DNA of 64,000 nucleotides, from contig CAWFBH010000018.1 of assembly GCA_963814035.1 (NCBI GenBank), positions 57,397 through 121,396 of the forward strand. Reading direction: 5' to 3'. The translations under genes were made by a program, and so were the position numbers. Below, in pieces: positions 40,286 to 50,795 of this stretch; position 1 is the stretch's first letter, and each line of letters starts with the position of its first letter. The notes under the pieces were generated by a model. The model did not search any database and was not told where the DNA came from. It worked only from the letters and a program-made list of their open reading frames with translations. This DNA comes from an uncultured delta proteobacterium (GTDB taxonomy: Bacteria > Desulfobacterota > Binatia > Binatales > Binataceae).

Positions 40286-42985
40286 TTGGGGGCACAGATG
40301 CGTCAGCGGAGTTCGAGCTGTTTCTGGAAGCCACGGGTCTATGGGCTGGTCTGCTTGGTCATCTTTATGTCATTTGCAGGCCGGGTCCGCGCCGCAACCT
40401 CGATAACGTTTGTCGGAGCGAGCGCGCTTTCCGATTACGGCAGTCCCGTGACCAGCGTCTTAATCGATGTTCCCTCGGGGGTTCAAGCCGGAGATATTCT
40501 GATTGCGCAAATCGCCGACTACGACGGCACCGGTTCCGATCTCCCGACGCCTCCGGGCGGGTGGGCCCTCATTCGCCACGACTCCGGATCCAACAGCAAC
40601 CGGATAACCTCGTGGCTGTATTACAAGATCGCCGGCAACAGTGAACCATCTTCCTATTCATGGGGTATCGGTGCTCAATGGGCGGTAGGCGCGATGGGCG
40701 CATGGCGGGGAGCGATGTCGGCGCCGATCGATATCGCGACCGGTACCGTAGCGACCGGAAACAGTCCGGTCTCAATAAGTCCGCCGACCGCGAGCCCAAG
40801 CTACAGCAATGAACTTCGAATCTGTTTCTATGCTTCTCAGGGCGGCAGCGCGCCCGGTCTCTCGATGCCTGGAATTCTTGCCGAGCGCCTGAGCGTCGGT
40901 TCCTCGAAAGAAGGATTCTCGCTCGAATTTGGTGACGCGAACGCGGCGGCGTTCGGGAACTATTCTGCAACCGAGACCGGTAGCGGGGTGTTGGCGGCTC
41001 AATCGGTGTTGATTGTCGCAGCGTCGGGCAGCGGTCCGACACCAACCCCACCTGCTGCTCCGACCTCGACTCCGACCCCGCCATCATCAACCCCGATCGG
41101 CACGCCAACCGCGATCGGCACGCCAACCGCGCACCCGACGCCGGTCGCTCAACCGACCTTGGTTTTTGGTGGTGCGACAGCAGGAATCGCATTCGTTGCG
41201 GCAAGCCGGCTCTCCGACTTTGGCGGACCCGTGAGCAGCGTTGTAGTCAGCGTACCTGAAGGGGTGGAGTCTGGAGATTGTCTGCTTGCGCAAATTGTCA
41301 TCTTTGATCCCAACGCCTCCAATGTGCCCACGCCGCCGGCCGGCTGGTCGCTGATTCGGGAGGATTCGGTGAATGGGGGATATAAGTTGACCTCCTGGAT
41401 TTACTACAAGATCGCCGGTTCGGCCGAGCCCGCGACCTATTCATGGAACATCGCGTCGCAATGGGCGGCCGGGGCGATGGGCGCATGGCGCGGCACTTCG
41501 AGCCAACCGATCGATGGTTCCGCAGGCGCGACGGGCACCGGAAAAGGTGTCGCAGCGCCATCTGTTACGCCGAGCTATGGCGGGGAGTTGGAGGTCGATT
41601 TCTACGGCTCTCAAGGCGACAGCGCTCCGACCATAACCATTCCAACGACGCTGACCGAGGTTTTCAACACCTCGTCGTCGCTGGAGGGTTTCGCCCTCGC
41701 ATTCGGGGAGGCGCAGGCGCCGTCGGCGGGGACTGCATCGCCGACCTACAAGGCGACCGAGACCGGAGGAGCCGCGACCAGCGCACAAGCGATCCTGCTC
41801 ATTCCGGCCAACCACTCAGCGGCAACGCCGACGCCGACCGCGACCGCAACTCCGGTTGCGACGCCCACTCCGGGTCCGACCGTGAAGCTGGTCGCGCCGC
41901 AGGCCGCGGCAACGGTGGCAGGGACCGTGCAAGTCGTGTCTCAGGTCACTGGCTCGGTGAGCTACATAAACCTCTACGTGGATTCCAATATGCTCGCGCA
42001 GACGGCGCCGCTTACCTACAACTGGGATACCACGAAGAGCGCGAATGGGTCGCACATCTTATCGGTTCAGGGTTACAACTCGAGCAACATCATGCTCGGC
42101 ACCAACGCAATCAATATCAGCGTTCTCAACCAGGTAAATCCGACGCCGACACTGACTCCAACGCGAACCGTCGCGCCCACTCCAACTCTGACCCCGACGG
42201 CGACGCCGACCGTTATCGCGGATCCACTGCGGCCTTCGAATACCATCCCGAACAATCGGGTCCCGACCGCCGCGGAACTTACTACCTTCCACAATGGGAC
42301 CGGCGCGTGTGGCGGCCTCGATACTTGCAGCTACATGGAGAATGTCACGGGGCATTTCACCGGCACCACCGCGCAAATCATCCAGAATGTGGCTGATAAA
42401 TGGTGCGCCAACTGCACCATCCTCAACCCGGTCGATGGGGAAACCTACACCTTCGGCAATCTTCTTAAGGCGATCGCGGTAAACGAAACCCATTGGTACC
42501 AATGGCGAACCGCGAACCTCGCCACCCCGGACCCAATTACCGGTCTTACGACGCTGACTCCTTCGCATGGTGACCTCGAGCACGTCACCGTGAGCGAACC
42601 GTTCGGCGGTTCATGGGGTCTGTATCAGATTGCGGAGGGTGTGAACCAAGGCTGGCCGGCATCCTTCCCGCTGAGCGCGGTTTCGACCGGCTTCAATGCC
42701 GACTTCAAGATCGCGTACCAGATGGGAGTCGAGCAGGGGCATCTGGACTATCTGGGTGACCCAAGCCGCGCGGAGATCGCGATCGCGAATGGATACGCAC
42801 CGTACACCGCCTACACCGATTCCAACGGCGTGCTGCATCCTGCCTCGACCGACATCAATCAGCGTCGATGGGGCGCGGTGGGAGCCTGGTACAGCGGTGG
42901 ATGGTACGATTCAGCCGCGCTCACCTACATGCAGCAGGTGCAGCAGTACCTTCACTCCCAGCCATGGAATCAACCCGGCTTCTGA
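40286..42985 (+). CDS. Modular secreted protein: two repeated beta domains, Pro/Thr linkers, Ig-like domain, C-terminal lysozyme/SLT-like domain
   Basis: Signal-like N-terminus, internal ~200-aa duplication, YNWDTT Ig-like segment, AIAVNETHW / SWGLYQI / GAVGAWYSG. Confidence 0.7.
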   Translation: MGAQMRQRSSSCFWKPRVYGLVCLVIFMSFAGRVRAATSITFVGASALSDYGSPVTSVLIDVPSGVQAGDILIAQIADYDGTGSDLPTPPGGWALIRHDSGSNSNRITSWLYYKIAGNSEPSSYSWGIGAQWAVGAMGAWRGAMSAPIDIATGTVATGNSPVSISPPTASPSYSNELRICFYASQGGSAPGLSMPGILAERLSVGSSKEGFSLEFGDANAAAFGNYSATETGSGVLAAQSVLIVAASGSGPTPTPPAAPTSTPTPPSSTPIGTPTAIGTPTAHPTPVAQPTLVFGGATAGIAFVAASRLSDFGGPVSSVVVSVPEGVESGDCLLAQIVIFDPNASNVPTPPAGWSLIREDSVNGGYKLTSWIYYKIAGSAEPATYSWNIASQWAAGAMGAWRGTSSQPIDGSAGATGTGKGVAAPSVTPSYGGELEVDFYGSQGDSAPTITIPTTLTEVFNTSSSLEGFALAFGEAQAPSAGTASPTYKATETGGAATSAQAILLIPANHSAATPTPTATATPVATPTPGPTVKLVAPQAAATVAGTVQVVSQVTGSVSYINLYVDSNMLAQTAPLTYNWDTTKSANGSHILSVQGYNSSNIMLGTNAINISVLNQVNPTPTLTPTRTVAPTPTLTPTATPTVIADPLRPSNTIPNNRVPTAAELTTFHNGTGACGGLDTCSYMENVTGHFTGTTAQIIQNVADKWCANCTILNPVDGETYTFGNLLKAIAVNETHWYQWRTANLATPDPITGLTTLTPSHGDLEHVTVSEPFGGSWGLYQIAEGVNQGWPASFPLSAVSTGFNADFKIAYQMGVEQGHLDYLGDPSRAEIAIANGYAPYTAYTDSNGVLHPASTDINQRRWGAVGAWYSGGWYDSAALTYMQQVQQYLHSQPWNQPGF

Positions 42986-43026
42986 TCGGAACGGACAAGA
43001 GCGGACAGACATCCCTTTGACGGCGT

Positions 43027-43059
43027 CGCGGCGGTGAGAGGACATCACTCACCGCCGCG
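43027..43059 (+). terminator. Strong stem-loop after the 899-aa gene
   Basis: CGCGGCGGTGAG / CTCACCGCCGCG 12-bp stem; no U-tract. Confidence 0.45.
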
Positions 43060-43543
43060 GTCGTGCGTCCGGACGCCGACGAATTCGAGCCCGGCGTCGT
43101 TCAGACAAAGCTTTACTTGCTTCAGGTAAAAAACCCCGTCAGGCTCGACGCACTGTTAGAAACTGAGAAAGACCTTCGCGCAACTTTTCGCGTGAAGTAC
43201 GTCTTGCGCTTCACTACTGATCTGATTATCTCGATGTTCTGAAAAATCTACATAAAGTAGATTTGGAATCTGGATCCGCGGATCCCGTAGTCGGCTGGAT
43301 TGGGAATGGGATCAAAAAGATTCGAAGGGCTGGGCGAGGCCCACCTCCCGCGGGTGGAATTCAACCATGCGGATCAGTTCTGTGGATCGTTGGGGAGGCT
43401 CCTAAAAAGCGGGATCGAAATTCTTCCGTCATCCTATCGGCTACGCTCCTGTCCTGCTCGATACTGCCTGTTTTACGAGGACTGGTACTGGTTCTGCGAA
43501 TACTCACGCAGGCTGCGACCCAGCAGCCCTTTCAGCCCGGAGA

Positions 43544-45124
43544 ATGAGTATGAAAGCATTCGCAGCGCTTAGGGCATTCGTGTGCCCATCTCTCGCAAAT
43601 GGTTACCCTACGGCTAGATCGCGAGTCCCCTGGACTCAGGTCACATCCGTGTTCTTTCTCTTCTGTCTGGTTGGGACTGCTTCGGCGGGCTCCCAACCAT
43701 CCCACTTTCGTAATCCGCGCCCCGGCGGCGGCATTCCGCTCTTTATCGGGATGGGCGATCCGCTGTCCGGTATCAGCAACAACCCGACCGACCTGACCAA
43801 CTTCAGTAACGGTCTTCTGAATTTCCAGGAAACCGAAACGCTCAATCCCGCCAACAGCTCATCAGGACCCGCGGGACAGCTCGGGCCGCTATTTAACAAC
43901 AACTCCTGCGCCTCATGTCACAGCAATCCGGTGCGTGGAGGCGGCGGGCTCGACTTGATGGAGCAGCGACTCTCGACCGGAGGACCGCCGGTTCGCATCT
44001 TCGCGGTTGATCACATGCTGTTCGGCGGCTCCGAGCAACAGGGCGACCTTGGAACCATCTTTTCGTTCGGTATGGAGTCGGTTCCACTCGGCGCGCAGAT
44101 TGGCATTCCGGATAACACTCCGTCCGCATGCCAGAATGTCGAATTCGCGCGAGGCTTCTCGCCCGATCTCCCGATGTGCATTGCGGATAGCGCCAACGAT
44201 ACCGGGCTTACCGGCACGCCGACCTGTATCGCACATCGTCTGAGTTTGCCGCTGTTTGGTGATGGACTCGTGGAGGCAACTTCGGATCAAACATTCCAGT
44301 CGATCGCGGCGGCGGAGCCGTCGGCGGTTCGGGGCACCGTGCGTATGGTGGCCGACATCGGCAACTTCGACGGGCTGGCGACCGAGGTCAGTTCCAGCAT
44401 GCGTTCGGCGCTGGGAACTCCTCACGTGGCGCGGTTCGGGTGGAAGGATGATTTCTCGACGCTGGTCGGCTTCGCTGCCGATGCGTACCTCAACGAGATC
44501 GGCATAACCAGCGATCTCAACTCACAACCCAACACCACCTGCGCGATGGGTGTGACGCAATTCGGGGTGACGCTTCAGACCGCGGATGACCCGGAGGATA
44601 CCGTCGATTCGACCGGCCGCGCGGATATCGATCGCTTTACCGATTTCATGCGCGCGTTGCAGCCGCCTCCCGAGCTGGCGGAAACTTCCTCCGCGATGGC
44701 GGGGCGACAGCTGTTCAACCAAATCGGATGCGCGAGTTGTCACACGCCCTCGATCACGACCGCCAACAATCCGGCATCGTTCCTGACGCCCACCGTCAAC
44801 GGCATGATGGTATCGCGCAACGTCAATCAGACGCTGGCGAATGTCACCTACCATCCGTACGGCGACTTCCTGCTGCATGACATGGGTTCGCTTGGCGACG
44901 GGGTCAATGACGATGCGGCGATCCCGAGCGACGAGCGGATGATGCGGACGATGCCGTTATGGGGCATCCGGGCGCGCGACGTCTTCCTGCACGATGGCCG
45001 TGCCTCCGATCTGCCGACAGCCATCTCACTGCACGACGGTCAAGCGGCGGCTGCGGCGGCGGCATTTAAGGCGCTGAGCTCACAGCAGCAAACCAATGTC
45101 ATCAACTTCCTTGACACGCTCTGA
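43544..45124 (+). CDS. Di-heme oxidoreductase (DHOR-like) cytochrome c, exported
   Basis: LGPLFNNNSCASCH, RFGWK, FNQIGCASCHTP, DFLLHDMG, RTMPLWG, FLHDGRA. Confidence 0.85.
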   Translation: MSMKAFAALRAFVCPSLANGYPTARSRVPWTQVTSVFFLFCLVGTASAGSQPSHFRNPRPGGGIPLFIGMGDPLSGISNNPTDLTNFSNGLLNFQETETLNPANSSSGPAGQLGPLFNNNSCASCHSNPVRGGGGLDLMEQRLSTGGPPVRIFAVDHMLFGGSEQQGDLGTIFSFGMESVPLGAQIGIPDNTPSACQNVEFARGFSPDLPMCIADSANDTGLTGTPTCIAHRLSLPLFGDGLVEATSDQTFQSIAAAEPSAVRGTVRMVADIGNFDGLATEVSSSMRSALGTPHVARFGWKDDFSTLVGFAADAYLNEIGITSDLNSQPNTTCAMGVTQFGVTLQTADDPEDTVDSTGRADIDRFTDFMRALQPPPELAETSSAMAGRQLFNQIGCASCHTPSITTANNPASFLTPTVNGMMVSRNVNQTLANVTYHPYGDFLLHDMGSLGDGVNDDAAIPSDERMMRTMPLWGIRARDVFLHDGRASDLPTAISLHDGQAAAAAAAFKALSSQQQTNVINFLDTL

Positions 45125-45185
45125 AAATTGTTTCTGACGGCGGCGAGTCGAACATTCGGCTCGCCGCCGAATCAAAATATAGAGC

Positions 45186-47231
45186 TTACTTCCAGCAGCA
45201 GCCACGGCCAGTCCCGCGGTAGCGCGGTTCGCCGGTATCGCGGAAATTTATCGAGATTAGATTTGGATCGGGGGTCGGCACGGACAGTAGCCTCGCGCTT
45301 CGCCAGCTCGAATGGTCTTCAATCGCGCGCGAGGGCGTTTCGCCCGACAGCGACATCCAGCGGGATCCATAGAAGGAAGTGGCGCCCAGTTGCACGCGAA
45401 GATTTCCATCGCGCGGAGGTCCCGCGACTCCCAACGCCGGCCACGGCAGAAAGATTTCTTCTCTGATTCTGGCGTGGTCGCTGCGGAGGTCCGTCGCGAC
45501 GGCCGCAGGAACCCCTACGCATCGTCCCTGGATCGTCTCACATACCTCGACGCGCATCGCGGAATTCCGCGTTTTCGCGGCACTCCCGGTGGGAAATACG
45601 AACATGGCGAATCTACGTGGACCGGTGCCCGCATCCACACCGAAGTCGATCCGAAAAGCATCCTGCGAACGGAACCGTTCGGCCTCCGCGAACAGGTCGG
45701 GGTCGTAGTAATCCATGCTGACGGTTGCCAGATGGAGACCTTGCGCGCTCCAGGCCAGAAAAAAATCCCCGAAGATGGCATCGGGCGTCGAGGCTTTCAA
45801 TCCTTTCAGCAATGCCGCGTCCCTGAGCCATTGCGCCGGGTCAGCCTCATTCGCATCGGCCCCGGCTGGAGGGATCTCAATCTCGTTCGGGTTCGTCGAT
45901 GCCTCCGAAATTGAGCTGTCGCGATGGATTTCGCCCAGACTGCGATTCACCTCGCCCAGCGCGATGACAAGTTGTGCGTATGGCTCGCCTTCGATGTCAA
46001 CGAGGCCGAAGTTGTAGTTCTCGCCGTCGATCGGCCGGCCGCCGCGCGGTTCGTCGTAGTACTGGAACCAGTGAATTCCCACGATGTTGGGTACCCGCGC
46101 AAAATAGCGCGCCGCGCTGGCCGCCCCGCGCGCCCGTTCATCCTGGTTGCGCACCGTCATCAGGTAGCCATTGTTGATATTTCCGGAGCGATTCTCCTGC
46201 GCGGAAAAATACCATTCGGAGATCAGAATTGGTTTATTGCCGGTCAAATACCGCAGCGCATCGAAATAGTAATGTCCAATCCAACCGTCCGGGCTATCGA
46301 CGTCGTAATTGGTTGCGACGGCGTCGAGGTATGGCGCCATTGCGCGGACCGCATCCTGGTCATAGTAAGGCGGCAGCCGGTCGCCAAAGATCAACGCTTC
46401 GGGGTCCGCCTCCCGCAACGCATCGTGCACCAACTGGTAGTAACGGCCCGTTATGATACTGGTCCAGCGCCGAATCAGTCCGATGCCGCCGTGGCCGGAA
46501 CGCATCCGCACCCGCGTCCCGTTGCTTTTCAGGAGCTTGCCGAAATCCGAGATTGCCGCCGGCATCACGAAGTCTTCGGTGAACCGTCGCCAGTCCTGCC
46601 CGTAATACTCACGGATCAAATCAACCAGTTTGCGCTTGGTGAAGCTGGTTGGAGGCTGGGCGATGTAGAAGCGAAAGAGAGCGCCACTCCACCAGCCCAC
46701 TTCATTGTCGGAGAAGTACCCGATCCGTTTGCCCGCGTGGCGATAAACCCCGGCCGCTTCGTGCGCCGCGCTGCGCATTCTATCGACGGTCGCAGGTGCG
46801 AACGGGTCTCCCCACAGGAAGTGCGATTTCCAGCCCAAGTCGAGTTCCGGAATTGTCGGCAGCGGCAAATCGTGGGAGCTGAAACTCCCTGCGGTGTTGA
46901 AACCCCATTGCCCCATCAGCCCCAGGGTCTGCTCGGTCCATGAGGGCGCGTTATGAAATGCGATCTGTGATTCTGCCGGCGCGCCTTCTATTGGCCCCGC
47001 TCCGAGGTTTGGATCGATTCCGTTGATGCCAACGGAAAAGAATCGCTCGCCACACGGAGTCATCAACCATGAAACGCCGCTTTGCACCTCGAGGCGCCAG
47101 CGATCCTGCTCGACCGCGGTGGGGCATTCGGCTTGGGCGAGGCCGCCCCAAAACAGAGCCATCAGCAGCACTATGGCCGCAGCAATTCGAATCGGTCTGA
47201 ATTCGGTAAACTTGCGCTCGTTAAAGTTCAC
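45186..47231 (-). CDS. Secreted GH50/beta-agarase-like clan GH-A glycoside hydrolase with C-terminal beta domain
   Basis: FFSVGIN, WGFNTAG, GYFSDNE, PILISEW, VGIHWFQYYDEP...DGENYNFGLVD. Confidence 0.8.
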   Translation of the reverse strand: MNFNERKFTEFRPIRIAAAIVLLMALFWGGLAQAECPTAVEQDRWRLEVQSGVSWLMTPCGERFFSVGINGIDPNLGAGPIEGAPAESQIAFHNAPSWTEQTLGLMGQWGFNTAGSFSSHDLPLPTIPELDLGWKSHFLWGDPFAPATVDRMRSAAHEAAGVYRHAGKRIGYFSDNEVGWWSGALFRFYIAQPPTSFTKRKLVDLIREYYGQDWRRFTEDFVMPAAISDFGKLLKSNGTRVRMRSGHGGIGLIRRWTSIITGRYYQLVHDALREADPEALIFGDRLPPYYDQDAVRAMAPYLDAVATNYDVDSPDGWIGHYYFDALRYLTGNKPILISEWYFSAQENRSGNINNGYLMTVRNQDERARGAASAARYFARVPNIVGIHWFQYYDEPRGGRPIDGENYNFGLVDIEGEPYAQLVIALGEVNRSLGEIHRDSSISEASTNPNEIEIPPAGADANEADPAQWLRDAALLKGLKASTPDAIFGDFFLAWSAQGLHLATVSMDYYDPDLFAEAERFRSQDAFRIDFGVDAGTGPRRFAMFVFPTGSAAKTRNSAMRVEVCETIQGRCVGVPAAVATDLRSDHARIREEIFLPWPALGVAGPPRDGNLRVQLGATSFYGSRWMSLSGETPSRAIEDHSSWRSARLLSVPTPDPNLISINFRDTGEPRYRGTGRGCCWK

Positions 47232-47296
47232 GAGCGCAAGTTTAGACAGATTTCTGACCTTATGTCCCGAAGTTCATTCCTCGTGGGAAATGGCGC

Positions 47297-48137
47297 CTAC
47301 CTTTGAAACGATGGTCCCGCGAAACCCTGCGGCGGCAGGGCGTTGGTGTCCGCGTCCTGCGCCAGCCGAATCGATTCACCCGCGATTGCGCCGCCGTCCA
47401 CCACCATCGCCGCACCGGTGATCCATTCGGATTCATCTGACGCGAGGAACAGCGCCATGTTCGCGATGTCCAACGGGCTGCCCGCGCGCTTGATTGGCTG
47501 CGCTTTGAGAGCACGCGCTCCATGATTTTTTCGCCGCCGGGCGTGGTGCCATACAGAATCGGCGTATTGATTCCGCCCGGGCAGATGCAATTGACGCGAA
47601 TCTTGTCGCGGGCCGAGCTGGATCGCCGCCGAGCGCGTGACATTGACCACGGCGGCCTTCGCGCCCGAGTACGCGTGGATGCCATCATAGCCTTGCAGAC
47701 CCGCGAGCGAGGCGGTTGAAATGATCGATCCGCCGCCCTGTTTGCGCATGATCGGAATCGAATGCTTGATGCCGAGGAACACGCCGCGCACCAGCACCGC
47801 GAAGGTTTTGTCCCAATCCTCGACCGTGATGTTTTCGATCGGTCCGACCGCGCCGCCGAGGCCGGCATTATTGTAAGTGATGTCGAGGCGGCCGAATTCC
47901 TTGACCGCGCGATCGATCATCGCCTTGACCTGATCTTCCGCGCTGACGTCGGCCTTTTGAAAAACCGCGTTGCCGCCATTTTCTTTGCATTCGCGGACCA
48001 CCGACTCACCGCCATCCACGTTGAGATCCGCCACCACGACCGAGGCGCCTTCCTGCGAGAATCGGATCGCCGTCGCGCGTCCCATCCCGCTCGACGGCTC
48101 CGGTTATCACTGCCACTTTGTTTTCCAGTCTTCGCAT
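47297..48137 (-). CDS. Short-chain dehydrogenase/reductase; frameshifted
   Basis: KVAVITG...SGMG, NNAG, YSGAK catalytic motif, LFLASDE, VDGG. Confidence 0.9.
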
Positions 48138-48339
48138 TGCTGCCGCTCCAGGCCCGGATGATCTTTGACGCGCGCCGCGCCCCCGGGTTGTTCGCCTTCT
48201 ATCTCAAGCCTCGCCGGATACCAACCAGAATCAGTGATCCGCTATTCGAGCGCCCGCTTCGCGCTGATGATCCACCTCCGCGTTGACAATTCGGCCGGGC
48301 ATCGATAGGTCTTAGCCGCGCATTCCGACGCCGCGAAAA

Positions 48340-48735
48340 ATGAGCGATCCCATCGATAAATCAGGAGAAAACTCCGCCGCCGAGGAGGAAGGCGCCGAGC
48401 GCAACGTCGAGGAGCTCGCGAAAGAGCTCGCCGACAAACTGCGCGGCCTGAAAAATCGCGACGAGCTAACCGATTACGCGGTCAGCGTCCTGCGCGACAG
48501 CAATGAGGAAGCGGATCAGAAAGAGTACCAGAAGCGCACGGTCGCACGTGCCTCGAAGGGCGATCCCTTCAATCCGATCGCATTTGGAATCCCGCTCCTC
48601 GTCATCGGCGTGGTGCTCTGCGCCACCGGCATCCTGATCGGACCGGGACTCGGCGTGATCGGAATCGGCGTGCTGATGGTGCTTTATGGTTTGGTGGTGT
48701 CGATATTCAGCCGCCGCGGTAAGAGCGGTGAATGA
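48340..48735 (+). CDS. Hypothetical protein with two C-terminal TM helices
   Basis: Clean ORF with acidic N-terminus and hydrophobic hairpin. Confidence 0.65.
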   Translation: MSDPIDKSGENSAAEEEGAERNVEELAKELADKLRGLKNRDELTDYAVSVLRDSNEEADQKEYQKRTVARASKGDPFNPIAFGIPLLVIGVVLCATGILIGPGLGVIGIGVLMVLYGLVVSIFSRRGKSGE

Positions 48736-48921
48736 TGTGGATGCATCAGCGGGGTTTTATTGCACACACGGACCGCAATTAGATAATCTTACCCTCGCTC
48801 GATGCGGAAGTTGGGGACCGGGGCGTTGAAAAGTATCGAGTCTTTTAGATATTCATCAGAATCGGACACACGACAAACGACGGGAAGGAAAAGGCTGCCT
48901 GAAGGGAGCCGTTAGTTAGGA

Positions 48922-49695
48922 ATGGCCAAATTCGACTGGAACGAAACCAAGCGGCAGATTGTCGAGTCTCAAGCCTGGCAATCGATCTTCCGCCATGGCT
49001 ACGAGGACACCCCGCGCAACCGCATCCTGATGGTGTCGGGCAACATCTGGTTGCATCTGCATCCCTCCAAGGTGCAGAAGCATACCGTTCGCCTGCGCTT
49101 CACCTGGTGCATGGGCGGGATCACCTTCCTGCTCTTCATGGTGACCGTCATCACCGGCGTCTACCTGATGTTCTATTATCGGCCGACCGCCGAATACGCA
49201 TACGCGGACATGAAATATCTCGAATTCGACATGCCGTTCGGGATGCTGATGCGCAACATGCATCGATGGGCCGCGCACGGGATGGTCATCGCGGTCTGGC
49301 TGCATATGTTCCGCGTGTTCATGACCGGATCGTATAAACCTCCGCGCGAGTTCAACTGGGTGGTCGGCGTCATCCTGCTGGTGTTGACCCTGCTGCTCTC
49401 GTTCACCGGATACCTGCTGCCCTGGGATCAGCTGTCGATATGGGCGGTTACCGTCGGATCGAACATGGCGCGCGCCACCCCGCTGTTAGGACACGGCGGC
49501 CCGTTCCATGAGGTGATGGGCGTGAATCCGATTTACGATGCGCGCGCATTTATCTTCGGCGGCGCGGAAATCGGACCCCATACGCTGTTGCGCTTCTACA
49601 TCCTGCACTGCATCTTCTTCCCGCTCATCGCGAGCTTGTTCATGGCGGTGCATTTCTGGCGAATTCGCCGCGACGGAATGTCGGGGCCGCTCTAA
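48922..49695 (+). CDS. Cytochrome b6-type subunit of a cytochrome bc complex
   Basis: WCMGGI (heme ci Cys), four heme b His ligands with b6-like 14-residue spacing in helix D, TGYLLPWDQ. Confidence 0.92.
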   Translation: MAKFDWNETKRQIVESQAWQSIFRHGYEDTPRNRILMVSGNIWLHLHPSKVQKHTVRLRFTWCMGGITFLLFMVTVITGVYLMFYYRPTAEYAYADMKYLEFDMPFGMLMRNMHRWAAHGMVIAVWLHMFRVFMTGSYKPPREFNWVVGVILLVLTLLLSFTGYLLPWDQLSIWAVTVGSNMARATPLLGHGGPFHEVMGVNPIYDARAFIFGGAEIGPHTLLRFYILHCIFFPLIASLFMAVHFWRIRRDGMSGPL

Positions 49696-49715
49696 GCGGG
49701 GTTGCGGACGGGACT

Positions 49716-49859
49716 ATGGGTGAATTGTTCTCAGGATTGCTGCGCATGGGTATCGTGCGCGTTCTCTTTGTGCCGATCGTGATGGGCCTCATCATGTATG
49801 GATTATGGGTGTTGGCCGCTCCGCCCAAGGACGAGGACGATAATCACGCGCAAAGTTAG
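49716..49859 (+). CDS. 47-aa single-TM peptide inside the bc operon
   Basis: MGELFSGLLRMGIVRVLFVPIVMGLIMYGLWVLAAPPKDEDDNHAQS fills the gap; below the ORF-track cutoff. Confidence 0.65.
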   Translation: MGELFSGLLRMGIVRVLFVPIVMGLIMYGLWVLAAPPKDEDDNHAQS

Positions 49860-49880
49860 CAGTCGCGCAGAGGATTGATC

Positions 49881-50780
49881 ATGGCCGAAGGTAGTGGACC
49901 GATAATGCGAGCGGCGGGCGCTGGCGCCGTATCCGCGGGTGGCGCGGCGCGGCCGATAGCCGCGCCCGGCGGCAAACGTTCCGAGGTTCCGATCAAGAAA
50001 GCCGGGTCGGGAATCGAGGAAAAGCTGCATACTTGGCCGTTCCTGGTCCGCAATGAATTCCTGATGTCGCTGCTAGTGATCGCGGTGCTGACGATCTGGT
50101 CGCTGACCATCAATGCGCCGCTGGAAGAGCCCAGCAATCCGACCCGCACGCCGAATCCCTCGAAGGCGCCATGGTACTTCCTCGGTTTGCAGGAAATGCT
50201 GGTCTTCTTCGATCCATGGTATGCGGGCGTGGTGTTGCCCAGCTTCATCATCGTGGGTCTGATGCTGGTGCCGTATCTCGACATCAATCCAAAGGGGAAC
50301 GGTTACTATACCTTTAAGGAGCGCACTTTCGAGATCCTGACTTTCTTCTTCGGATTCCACATCCTATGGGTCTCGTTCATCATCATCGGGACGTTCTTCC
50401 GCGGCCCCGGATGGAACTGGTTCTGGCCGGGTCAGATTTGGGATCCGCATCTGGTCGAGGCGCTGACCAACGTTGACCTTCCGTACATGTTCGGCTTCCG
50501 CGACTACTTCATGTCCGCGATGTTCGGGCTGTTTGTAATCGGCGCGTACTTCGTGGTCGGTTACATCGGATTTTATTGGTGGATAAGGCGCAGACCCGCG
50601 GGCGATCCATGGTCGGCGTTTCCCGGCGGCGGCAAAGAGATCCTCGAGGCGTGGGGACCGGTGCGCTTCGGGATCACTGGATTTTTGCTCATCGCGATGA
50701 TCGGCGTGGTGGTCAAGATGGCGCTGCGTCACGCGTTCAACATCAAGTACATCCTGGTTACGCCGTGGATTAACATCTGA
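49881..50780 (+). CDS. Cytochrome bc complex subunit IV (cytochrome b C-terminal part)
   Basis: HTWPFLV, APLEEPSNP...NPSKAPWYFLGLQE (PEWY variant), PYLD, RGPGW. Confidence 0.88.
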   Translation: MAEGSGPIMRAAGAGAVSAGGAARPIAAPGGKRSEVPIKKAGSGIEEKLHTWPFLVRNEFLMSLLVIAVLTIWSLTINAPLEEPSNPTRTPNPSKAPWYFLGLQEMLVFFDPWYAGVVLPSFIIVGLMLVPYLDINPKGNGYYTFKERTFEILTFFFGFHILWVSFIIIGTFFRGPGWNWFWPGQIWDPHLVEALTNVDLPYMFGFRDYFMSAMFGLFVIGAYFVVGYIGFYWWIRRRPAGDPWSAFPGGGKEILEAWGPVRFGITGFLLIAMIGVVVKMALRHAFNIKYILVTPWINI

Positions 50781-50795
50781 GACCAAAACATCTGA

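Noticed and set aside
41030-42215. ACGCCG-like tandem repeats as a DNA repeat element
   Set aside because: They encode Pro/Thr linkers with synonymous variation.
43263-43572. Short ORFs upstream of the DHOR gene
   Set aside because: No recognisable motifs, atypical composition and weak starts; likely a regulatory leader.
36914-47300. Prophage or integrative element
   Set aside because: Only an HTH_17 gene is present; no integrase, structural genes, tRNA target or att repeats were seen.
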